Virus record (IMG/VR): IMGVR_UViG_3300048035_000135 | Span: 31,864-95,863 of that record | DNA from: a virus | Direction: 5' to 3' (one strand) | DNA length: 64,000 nucleotides | Shown here: in pieces, positions 49,774 to 57,459 of the stretch | Numbering within the stretch: position 1 is the first letter of the stretch | How the letters are laid out: the number at the start of each line of letters is the position of its first letter | Notes under the pieces: generated by a model | Told to the model about the DNA's origin: nothing | Database searches by the model: none | What the model saw: the letters and a program-made list of their open reading frames with translations, nothing else | Made by a program: the position numbers and the translations under genes

Positions 49774-50991
49774 TTAATAAGTTTTTATATCATCTTCATC
49801 GATATCATTTAAACTTTCTTTTTCAGTTTCACCTATATAAGTTCCATCTGAATATGGTTTGGAAAACTCATTATAGATTCTCTCATCTTTTTTCTTAACA
49901 GATTTTTCTACTTCATCTAACTTTTCTAAGAACTCTTTTTTCTCCAATCGTTCTTCTTCTTTTGGATATACCTCTACATTTCCTGCAGTATCTTCTACTT
50001 CATACTTTGGTGTAGCAAGAATCTCTTCATTCTTCTTAATCATTTCTTCTTGAGAAAGTTTATCTTTCATTTTCTTATGATTCTCACCATTCATCATTGT
50101 ATGTTTGTACATCATTTTATTTCTTTGTGTGAAATAATCATCTAAATCATCTTCTTCTTTTCTACCAAAGTATTTGTTTACTGCGATTACCATAGCTATT
50201 GCCATCGGGTCGAATACGAATACAATCATTAGAGTAAACCAATTCACAATCACATCCATTGACTTACCTGTAATGTTAGCCATATATCTAAGTGGGCCAA
50301 TCTCTGCCGCTACTTCGTTGTTGGATTCTAAATCTAAAATCTGTAACTCTAATTTTGTAATAGAATCGGTAACTGCTTCCATCTTAATCGAAACACTATT
50401 TCGTTGTTCCTTCATATCATCTAATTGTGCGTTTAAAACTCTACGAGTAGATGATGAGGTTGTGGTGATGATTTCACCAGTTTCTTTATCTTTATATTGG
50501 ATAGTGTTATTTGATAAACCTTTTGTAAGTTCTGATATAGATTCACTAAGTTGAACTCTTTCTATTTTGTATCCTTCTAATGATTCAGAGAATCTATCTC
50601 TTTTCATTTCAACTACAGCTACTTGTTTATCTACGATAGTTAATTGGTCGGCAGTAGTTTGGTATGCTGATGTAAGGAATCCATATATACCTGCTGAGGT
50701 TATAATCATTAAGATACCCACACCTAATGTAAGATAGGATTTCAACATCCATCCTAATTTCTTCCAATGGTTATGTAGATATGATGCAACGATTAATTTA
50801 GCTAACTCTAATGCCGAAGCCATTATGATAACTTCAAACTTAGCGCCAGCGAACAATGAACTTAATCCAAATACAGAATAGTAAGCTGCCGTTCCTGCTA
50901 AAGATAGTGTAGAAAACACCATTAAGAATCCGAACCAAGTTCGTTTAGAAAAAAAGTTTTTAACAATACTCATATTTTTTCCTGTTTTCAC
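49774..50991 (-). CDS. Membrane protein, multi-TM plus coiled coil
   Basis: AAYYSVFGL, LELAKL, TSAGIYGFL, EIGPLRY, IVFVFDPMAI. Confidence 0.75.
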   Translation of the reverse strand: MKTGKNMSIVKNFFSKRTWFGFLMVFSTLSLAGTAAYYSVFGLSSLFAGAKFEVIIMASALELAKLIVASYLHNHWKKLGWMLKSYLTLGVGILMIITSAGIYGFLTSAYQTTADQLTIVDKQVAVVEMKRDRFSESLEGYKIERVQLSESISELTKGLSNNTIQYKDKETGEIITTTSSSTRRVLNAQLDDMKEQRNSVSIKMEAVTDSITKLELQILDLESNNEVAAEIGPLRYMANITGKSMDVIVNWFTLMIVFVFDPMAIAMVIAVNKYFGRKEEDDLDDYFTQRNKMMYKHTMMNGENHKKMKDKLSQEEMIKKNEEILATPKYEVEDTAGNVEVYPKEEERLEKKEFLEKLDEVEKSVKKKDERIYNEFSKPYSDGTYIGETEKESLNDIDEDDIKTY

Positions 50992-51132
50992 GTTTTATTA
51001 ACTTTGAGTTTTGTATTTATTACAAATATTATTATTCATATAATAAGTATTAGCTTGCAAGACAACCTAATAATCTATAACAATAAGTATTAAAAATATA
51101 ATAATTAATACTAAAACAAGCTCAAACCCATA

Positions 51133-52041
51133 CTATGCTTTCGCCTGAATGTACTCTAAGATAGAGAGTTCTTTAGCTTTAGCTTCTACCATAATATCTA
51201 CATCTAATCCATATGTATTAGGAACTTCAGAGATATAATCTGAGTGTGCTTGAGGTTTCAGTTTATCATTACTTTCGTGCAATGCTTTTGATTCTGAATA
51301 GTGAACTACAGGTACAATATCTTTAGGCCAGGTAGAAACGGCTAACTTCAGTGCTTCTTCCTCTGATAAATCTCCAGTACAAAATTTGTGGTGGTGATAA
51401 TCGAATACAATAGGAATACCAATACGTTCATGTATGTACATCAAATCTTTTACTGAATACATACTAGCCTTATCATCGTTTTCTACAGTCAAACGTGTTT
51501 GTACGGATTCAGGCAACCTCTCAAAGTTCTTACAGAACCTATCCATAGCAGATTGTTTATCACCATATACACCATTACAATGAATATTGATTTTGTTGTA
51601 AGGAGTTCTACTCAAACCCATCATATCAAATACCTCTCCGTGATTAGATAAATCAGTAATAGTATTTTCTACTACATGCTCACGCGGGGATACCAATACG
51701 TTGAATGGGCCGGGATGGGTTGTGATACGTTGGTTGTATTTCTTAGCAAGATGTCCAGCACCCAACAATAGATTAGATATCCGTTGGTAATGTGGCATAT
51801 CTTTGAAATCATATTCAGATGCCCAAGGAAATATCTCAGAACTCAACCTAAAGAAGTTGATACCATTCTGATGATTCCATTTGATAATCTCTACTAAATC
51901 TCTGGCGTTTTGAATCCCCAACTCTGATGCGTATGGGATACCTTTTTCTAAAAAGGTTTTTTTAATCATACTACGATTTGTAGTGATTTTGGGTTTCTGT
52001 TTACCCAATGTCATGTTGATACACGCATAACCTAAATTCAT
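51133..52041 (-). CDS. uvsE: UV damage endonuclease UvsE/UVDE
   Basis: LGYACIN, FFRLSS, THPGPF, IHCNG, ENDDK, FDYHHH, HYSES, HSDY, MVEAKAKE. Confidence 0.95.
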   Translation of the reverse strand: MNLGYACINMTLGKQKPKITTNRSMIKKTFLEKGIPYASELGIQNARDLVEIIKWNHQNGINFFRLSSEIFPWASEYDFKDMPHYQRISNLLLGAGHLAKKYNQRITTHPGPFNVLVSPREHVVENTITDLSNHGEVFDMMGLSRTPYNKINIHCNGVYGDKQSAMDRFCKNFERLPESVQTRLTVENDDKASMYSVKDLMYIHERIGIPIVFDYHHHKFCTGDLSEEEALKLAVSTWPKDIVPVVHYSESKALHESNDKLKPQAHSDYISEVPNTYGLDVDIMVEAKAKELSILEYIQAKA

Positions 52042-52071
52042 ATGTTACAATTTTTAATTATTATTATACTA

Positions 52072-52128
52072 CTAATATACAAAAAAAAGGGGACTTATAC
52101 AAGCCCCCTATGTTAAGAAATTGTTAAA
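52072..52128 (-). promoter_or_regulatory. Promoter for uvsE with upstream TTAACA direct repeat
   Basis: TTTAACAATTTCTTAACAT-N6-CTTG-N20-TATATTAG. Confidence 0.65.
52081..52108 (-). terminator. Intrinsic terminator after the Hsp20 operon
   Basis: GGGGGCTTGTATAAGTCCCC hairpin followed by T8. Confidence 0.8.
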
Positions 52129-52309
52129 TATTTTCCCACTCTACATCCGTAACTTCTTCACAAAAATAATAGTAAGGTTCTTTTTTAAATACCTTATCAG
52201 AGCGTAAGTGTTCTCTCCACGTAGCTACGATAGGTCTATCTGTAATTCGAATCTTTCTTTGTACTACCCATAAAGTGTTATCTATATTTAAAACCTCTTT
52301 ACAGAACAC
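52124..52309 (-). CDS. Hypothetical protein
   Basis: ORF coupled to Hsp20. Confidence 0.6.
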   Translation of the reverse strand: MFCKEVLNIDNTLWVVQRKIRITDRPIVATWREHLRSDKVFKKEPYYYFCEEVTDVEWENI

Positions 52310-52647
52310 TACTTAACGGATACTTCAATTACTTTAGCCTTCTTTTCTTCTACCTTCGGAATCGATACAGTCAACACACCATCCTTCACAATGGCTGATG
52401 TTTTAGCCACATCCCAATCTTCTTGAATGTTGTATCTTTTATTGAATGTTCTTTTTTCATTATCACCTTCAATAGAAAGAACTGTATCTTCTACCTTTAC
52501 ATTGATATCTTTTTTGGATAAGCCAGGTACATCAAACTCCATAGTGAGTACATCATTTTCAACTTTCATATTACGAGTATCTCTTCGAGGTTGTTGTTCA
52601 AAGAACTCATCCATTAAATTCCATGCGTTATTCATTGTTAAAATCAT
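52309..52647 (-). CDS. Small heat-shock protein Hsp20
   Basis: DVPGLSKKDINV, LSIEG, DGVLTVSIPK. Likely start 52647. Confidence 0.92.
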   Translation of the reverse strand: MILTMNNAWNLMDEFFEQQPRRDTRNMKVENDVLTMEFDVPGLSKKDINVKVEDTVLSIEGDNEKRTFNKRYNIQEDWDVAKTSAIVKDGVLTVSIPKVEEKKAKVIEVSVK

Positions 52648-52697
52648 TTTATTCCCTTTTTTATAGTTAAACAATTAATTTCTTTTGATTACTATAG

Positions 52698-52781
52698 TAC
52701 CAATTGTGTACCAAAGGGATTTGTAAGGTTATAGTATGACAAAATGTCAGTTAAGTAAGGATATAGTATGACAATTTGTCT
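52698..52781 (-). promoter_or_regulatory. Hsp20 upstream region: two TGACA-N3-TGTC(A/T) palindromes in a 32-bp-period direct repeat, plus a sigma54-like TTTGGTAC...TTGG
   Basis: TGACAAAATGTCA at 52737-52749 and TGACAATTTGTCT at 52769-52781. Confidence 0.55.
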
Positions 52782-53253
52782 AATTTACTGAAAATGGTGG
52801 AACATTTCCGATTAGTTTGTAGGTAACAATTACATGCCAAGGTTCGTATTTAGTAAATTCTATTTTCTTATCCATTAGAATCATACCATTCATCATTAAA
52901 TCATTAGCCACCTTCAATAAAACTTCTAAGGTTGGTCCGATGATTTTGATGTAATCCATATCTACATCTTTTACAAACTCAATCTTAACTTCGTTCCTAT
53001 CGGTTTCGAAATCCCATATATCGTTATCTTCTTCCTCATCATCCATTTCAGCAGCTGCCTCACCTAACTGCTTAAACATCTCACCCAATTCTTTTTCTTG
53101 CCTATCCAACTCTTCCATTTCATTGTGAATTTCCATATAGGAAAACTCACCAATCATTAAATCATATAGGTAAAGCAATTTATCTTCATCTTCCAACGTT
53201 TCAAAAAAGTTGAATTCCGATTCATCCCAATATGTTGATTCAGCCATCTCCAT
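52780..53253 (-). CDS. Acidic hypothetical protein
   Basis: ORF track. Confidence 0.7.
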   Translation of the reverse strand: MEMAESTYWDESEFNFFETLEDEDKLLYLYDLMIGEFSYMEIHNEMEELDRQEKELGEMFKQLGEAAAEMDDEEEDNDIWDFETDRNEVKIEFVKDVDMDYIKIIGPTLEVLLKVANDLMMNGMILMDKKIEFTKYEPWHVIVTYKLIGNVPPFSVN

Positions 53254-53256
53254 CTC

Positions 53257-53442
53257 CTACTTTTTAAAATCTTTAATAATCTCTTTAGTTAGCCAAGCGG
53301 GTTCGCTTGTGAAGTGTTTGAAATAAGGTTCACTAATAAGATACAATTTAACATTAAGATATTTTCTTTCATCGGTATCATCAGTTGATAGTATATCGAT
53401 TATCTTTTGTCTGTATGGTTCTTCTATATAGTGTAAGCTCAT
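53257..53442 (-). CDS. Hypothetical protein
   Basis: ORF track; tight packing. Confidence 0.6.
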   Translation of the reverse strand: MSLHYIEEPYRQKIIDILSTDDTDERKYLNVKLYLISEPYFKHFTSEPAWLTKEIIKDFKK

Positions 53443-53462
53443 CTAATTATATATATTGGGGT

Positions 53463-53870
53463 TTAATACTTTCTCTTATGGATTAGGTTCATAAACTTTA
53501 AACAATCTTTACTTAAAGCTTTCTTATCTTTCTGAACTATCTGTACACAAAGTTGTAAGAATTTATGAATGTGTGGTGGGTGTTCGGAATCAATTAACAT
53601 CATAACTCTATCTTGTAACTTATGAATATAATCTGATTCAATACTGACGTTAGAAGATATATAACGTTCGGTCATATATCTTTCTGAAAACCATTGGTGT
53701 GGTTTGGCATCCGTTTCAACTGCTTTCTTATAAACAGTATCCACATATTCACTTAATGATAGAATATCAGGAACAGTTTCTGAGAAATGTTTATAATTAA
53801 CCCAACTACGGGCTTCATTCATTTCTTCATCACCCATTCCCAATTCCTTAAATAAGTCGGATGCTTTCAT
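53463..53870 (-). CDS. Hypothetical protein
   Basis: ORF track. Confidence 0.7.
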   Translation of the reverse strand: MKASDLFKELGMGDEEMNEARSWVNYKHFSETVPDILSLSEYVDTVYKKAVETDAKPHQWFSERYMTERYISSNVSIESDYIHKLQDRVMMLIDSEHPPHIHKFLQLCVQIVQKDKKALSKDCLKFMNLIHKRKY

Positions 53871-53879
53871 TGGTTTGTT

Positions 53880-54173
53880 TTAATCAAACATACCTAATTG
53901 AATCTTTCTTCTATGTACTTGTTGTGCATCTAATAATGTAGTGAAGATTTTATTACACTCACTCCATGTCAAATCAACTCTTTGATTCCCAACAACAAGC
54001 GTTCCAATAGGTCTGCTTTTATCTTTATAATTCGCTTCAGTTAAATTAGAACCCATTTCAAAATCAATTGAGTTATAGTTCTTTCCTAACTGCTTTAGTT
54101 TATCTCTATCTTTTTGGTGGGTTGCTCCACCTTGATTTACTCTACCTCTCGGTTTTCCTGAATATCTTTTCAT
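53880..54173 (-). CDS. Hypothetical protein
   Basis: ORF track; ATATTTATT upstream. Confidence 0.65.
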   Translation of the reverse strand: MKRYSGKPRGRVNQGGATHQKDRDKLKQLGKNYNSIDFEMGSNLTEANYKDKSRPIGTLVVGNQRVDLTWSECNKIFTTLLDAQQVHRRKIQLGMFD

Positions 54174-54239
54174 TGTAAGAATATTTTAATTATTTAACTA
54201 TTTGTCAATAAATATAAAATAAACTTTAATGAAACTATA

Positions 54240-54533
54240 TTACTTACGATTTCTTTTAGAAATTCTTGCGAACTTAGCTTCAAATGATTTTAAGTCCATT
54301 CTCTTAGGATGAGTTCTTTCGATGTTCTGATTAACTCTCATAGTTTCAGCCATCCAATACCATGCAGCCGCTACAGTGGCTTGTGGTGGTATCATATACT
54401 CCTTCTGCAATCCATTCCCAACACCATCCGATACGAAAAATTTTCCATCGGATGTTCTTTGTGTTGAAGCTTTTGGATATGTGTTTAAAACTTTCTTCTT
54501 TAATCTTTTGAACTTTGTTTTATCAATTTCCAT
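54240..54533 (-). CDS. Hypothetical basic protein
   Basis: ORF track. Confidence 0.65.
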   Translation of the reverse strand: MEIDKTKFKRLKKKVLNTYPKASTQRTSDGKFFVSDGVGNGLQKEYMIPPQATVAAAWYWMAETMRVNQNIERTHPKRMDLKSFEAKFARISKRNRK

Positions 54534-54750
54534 TCTCTAAATGTTTTTTAAATGATTTGGATAATCGGCTATCTATAAACGATGTTACACTATTGTCATC
54601 AACATACAAATCTTCTACTATCCCACCATCTTCAGTTTTAACAATATAACGATACCCTTTAACTGTCTTTTGTTTTTCGGTAACCGTACCTACTTTGTTT
54701 TTACCAAAGACAGATACGATTACAATTTCACCAGTGCTATACGATATCAT
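54523..54750 (-). CDS. Small SH3/Tudor-like beta protein
   Basis: YSTGEIVIV...KVGTV...YIVKTEDG pattern. Confidence 0.55.
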   Translation of the reverse strand: MISYSTGEIVIVSVFGKNKVGTVTEKQKTVKGYRYIVKTEDGGIVEDLYVDDNSVTSFIDSRLSKSFKKHLENGN

Positions 54751-54754
54751 ATAC

Positions 54755-54955
54755 TTAACTTATAACTTTTATGATTCTAGTCTCAAGTACGGATGTTACT
54801 TCGAACTCAACTGAATCGTTTTTAAACTCTTCGTGAACTTTAGTTTCTGCATCGGTTACCGATACTGCGTGTACTAAATATTCTTCTACGTTTTTCTTTT
54901 GTCTACCTTTGTCATCTTGTGTGATAACTTTTACTTTAGCTTTGTAATACTTCAT
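54755..54955 (-). CDS. DUF4494-like protein (Bacteroidota-associated family)
   Basis: YYKAKVK...GRQKKNVEEYLVHAVSVTDAE...FEVTSV. Confidence 0.75.
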   Translation of the reverse strand: MKYYKAKVKVITQDDKGRQKKNVEEYLVHAVSVTDAETKVHEEFKNDSVEFEVTSVLETRIIKVIS

Positions 54956-54965
54956 GTTTACTTTT

Positions 54966-55373
54966 TTAGTTATTAAAATTAATGTTATACTTCTCTGATA
55001 ATTGAGTTTCTGTAATTAGTTCGTATTCACCATTACATTCACCCAACTGCATATCTTCTACAATAGTATGAAACCATTGAACCATTGTTTCTCCATCATG
55101 CTGTCTGCCTGCTGGAATAACCATTAGTTGCATTGGTATCATTCTATTCTGATACGACTTCCATATTCGAGGACCAATCTCATCGGGCCCCTTTCCGAAA
55201 CGTTCTCTTAAATGGGAGAAATACGCTTCATCCATTTCATCCCACTCATCGTAGTTTGAAAATTCTTCGTTGGCTTCATCAAATGCTTTAGCCATAGCTT
55301 CTTTTTCTGATTCCGATAACTCACCCCAAAAATCTTTAGGGATAAGATTCTCATCTTTTAAATCTTTACTCAT
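54966..55373 (-). CDS. Hypothetical protein
   Basis: ORF track. Confidence 0.7.
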   Translation of the reverse strand: MSKDLKDENLIPKDFWGELSESEKEAMAKAFDEANEEFSNYDEWDEMDEAYFSHLRERFGKGPDEIGPRIWKSYQNRMIPMQLMVIPAGRQHDGETMVQWFHTIVEDMQLGECNGEYELITETQLSEKYNINFNN

Positions 55374-55680
55374 TCTTATAATCTTTATTTAATACAAATC
55401 CAGTGTTACCATCTTCTGTAGTAACTTCTTTTACCAATCCTTTACTTTCTAATTCATCTAAAGTAGTATTGATATTCTCTTTAATAATCTCTCTACTAAC
55501 GACTTCGGCAAACCCTATAAATCTATTTATACATTCTTCGGTTTCCTCATACGTTATATGCTCAGTAGCTTTATAAAAGCGAGGCCTGAACTTATGTTCA
55601 TCAATCCACTCATTATCGAAGAAACCATCTTCGTTAAGTAGGTTGATTACTAATTTACACATATCTTTATTATCTTTCAT
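55366..55680 (-). CDS. Hypothetical protein (possible C-terminal winged helix)
   Basis: TLDELESKGLVKEV motif; own promoter upstream. Confidence 0.65.
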   Translation of the reverse strand: MKDNKDMCKLVINLLNEDGFFDNEWIDEHKFRPRFYKATEHITYEETEECINRFIGFAEVVSREIIKENINTTLDELESKGLVKEVTTEDGNTGFVLNKDYKNE

Positions 55681-55694
55681 TTCAATATTTTTAT

Positions 55695-55726
55695 CTAATA
55701 TACAAAATTATTTTATAACTTCCAAA
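55695..55726 (-). promoter_or_regulatory. Bacteroidota-type promoter
   Basis: TTTG-N20-TATATTAG. Confidence 0.65.
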
Positions 55727-55754
55727 TAAACCCCCCACTAATTTAGTGGGAGGT
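55724..55754 (-). terminator. Intrinsic terminator after the AAA ATPase
   Basis: CCTCCCACTAAATTAGTGGGGGG hairpin followed by TTTATTT. Confidence 0.75.
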
Positions 55755-55778
55755 CATTTGATGAGTAATAATTAATAA

Positions 55779-57062
55779 TTAAAATGGGTTGGAGATATCA
55801 ACATCTTCAGTTGAATCATCTTCTACATTGAAAAGGTTTTCTTCATCTGTAGAACCAACAAACTTTTGAACGTATTGTTTAACGTAAGTTCTTTCTGATT
55901 GAGCTCCACCTGCATCATCGAACAATGGGTAGATGGTAATCTCAGCGGCCTCAGCCAGATTGAATCCATCGTAAAGAAGTGAACCAATCTCAACAGCCGT
56001 TCTAGTCGATAGTGAGTTTGAAAGAGTAGGAACTTCTTTCTTCACATCGTTTCTGGTCATCGTAGTGATGTTAGCCACACTCTTCAGAACAGTCTCATCA
56101 ACCGATGGATACATCATCTGAAGTAGTGATGATTCTTCATCGATGGTTAGTGTATCCATTTCGATGATTGTGAATCGGTCAACGATAGCTCTATCCAACT
56201 GTCTAGTCGATGTGTACTCATTACCGATGTTAGCCGAAGCGATGAATGAAACACCATCAGCCACTTTCACAACAGGCGAATCAGCCGCCTCATCCAATCT
56301 GAGGTATCTCTGTCCCGCATCCAATACGGTCATCAGAATGTTGTGAGCTTCAGGGTGAGCCCTGCTAATCTCATCCAAAACAATAACGGTGTTTGGAGTT
56401 TGGATAGCTTTCACAAAAGGTGATGGTGAAAAGACCGTACCCTTCTTAGTATCGAACTGAGTATTTCCGATAAGAGTAGCTCGAGGGTCTTGCGTTGAAC
56501 CTAAATTGAAGATTTCCATATTGTAACCATCAATCGAATTAGCCGCCGCCTTAGCCGCCATAGTTTTACCACAACCAGCAGGCCCGGTCATCATAATATT
56601 TTTACCTCTGAGGATGTTTCTGATTAGATACTTCCACTTCAGTTCACTCATAAACAACATTTGTGGTTTCAAACCATTAGCCTCAGAGTGAATAAACTTT
56701 AGGAAATCTTCTTCCATTGGTTTTTCTGCAACTTCCATAGTTGGTGTTTGTTTCATTTGATATTGTTCAATACCACCATTAGGTTTGTTGAAGTTAGTTA
56801 CAGGTTCAGAACCATTGAACTTCTCACCTGGCACTCTGTTGAACTCAACAGAACCATTGGTAAGGTTACCTTTGATACGGGCTTTGATACAATACTTAGT
56901 TGGATTGTTAGCCGCCGATACACACCTTTTGTATAGTGATGTACCTACTTCGTTTAGTTGTGGAACGAAGAACTCCGTTCCAGCGGAATCAATAAGGATG
57001 ATTTCCTTATTCTCATTTTTCTTCGCCTGAAGAAATACTGCTCTTTGTGATTTGTTACTCAT
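55779..57062 (-). CDS. MoxR/CbbQ/CobS-like AAA+ ATPase
   Basis: GPAGCGKT Walker A, VLDEISRA Walker B, SANIG, LDRAIVDRF, LSTR. Confidence 0.9.
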   Translation of the reverse strand: MSNKSQRAVFLQAKKNENKEIILIDSAGTEFFVPQLNEVGTSLYKRCVSAANNPTKYCIKARIKGNLTNGSVEFNRVPGEKFNGSEPVTNFNKPNGGIEQYQMKQTPTMEVAEKPMEEDFLKFIHSEANGLKPQMLFMSELKWKYLIRNILRGKNIMMTGPAGCGKTMAAKAAANSIDGYNMEIFNLGSTQDPRATLIGNTQFDTKKGTVFSPSPFVKAIQTPNTVIVLDEISRAHPEAHNILMTVLDAGQRYLRLDEAADSPVVKVADGVSFIASANIGNEYTSTRQLDRAIVDRFTIIEMDTLTIDEESSLLQMMYPSVDETVLKSVANITTMTRNDVKKEVPTLSNSLSTRTAVEIGSLLYDGFNLAEAAEITIYPLFDDAGGAQSERTYVKQYVQKFVGSTDEENLFNVEDDSTEDVDISNPF

Positions 57063-57105
57063 AAATTTTACTTTTTAATTATTACTCTTACTAATTATTA
57101 CTCTA

Positions 57106-57162
57106 CTAAAGTACGGAATATATTTTACAATTCCAAACTTTTAATGTTAAGAAATTGTTAAA
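57106..57162 (-). promoter_or_regulatory. Early promoter with TTAACA direct repeat
   Basis: TTTAACAATTTCTTAACATT-N5-TTTG-N20-TACTTTAG. Confidence 0.75.
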
Positions 57163-57325
57163 TCTTTGATAAGGTTACTTTCTCTAAAGTTTTGTAAATG
57201 GTATTAAACCCATCAACGGCCTCATTGGGATTAACCTCTTTAGTTCCCATCAGTTCACCATTCACTTTAATCGTTACCATTGAACCTGTCAACTCTAACT
57301 CATACTTACCAATCGATTTTTTCAT
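57158..57325 (-). CDS. Small hypothetical protein, 55 aa (not in ORF track)
   Basis: MKKSIGKYELELTGSMVTIKVNGELMGTKEVNPNEAVDGFNTIYKTLEKVTLSKI; promoter-like TACATTAG at 57380-57387. Confidence 0.65.
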   Translation of the reverse strand: MKKSIGKYELELTGSMVTIKVNGELMGTKEVNPNEAVDGFNTIYKTLEKVTLSKI

Positions 57326-57459
57326 ATTTCTTATTTTTTAATTTTTAATTCGGTTAAACTCTCAACCCTTATTACCTTACTAATGTACGACTTTTTTTTT
57401 AATAAACCTAATTTTTTAACACTTTTTTTTGAAAGTTATTAACAAAGTTATTAACAATT

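Noticed and set aside
50992-51132. AT-rich 140-bp gap as ncRNA or origin
   Set aside because: Only a 13-codon ORF and two ATACTTATT promoter-like motifs; no convincing structure or iterons.
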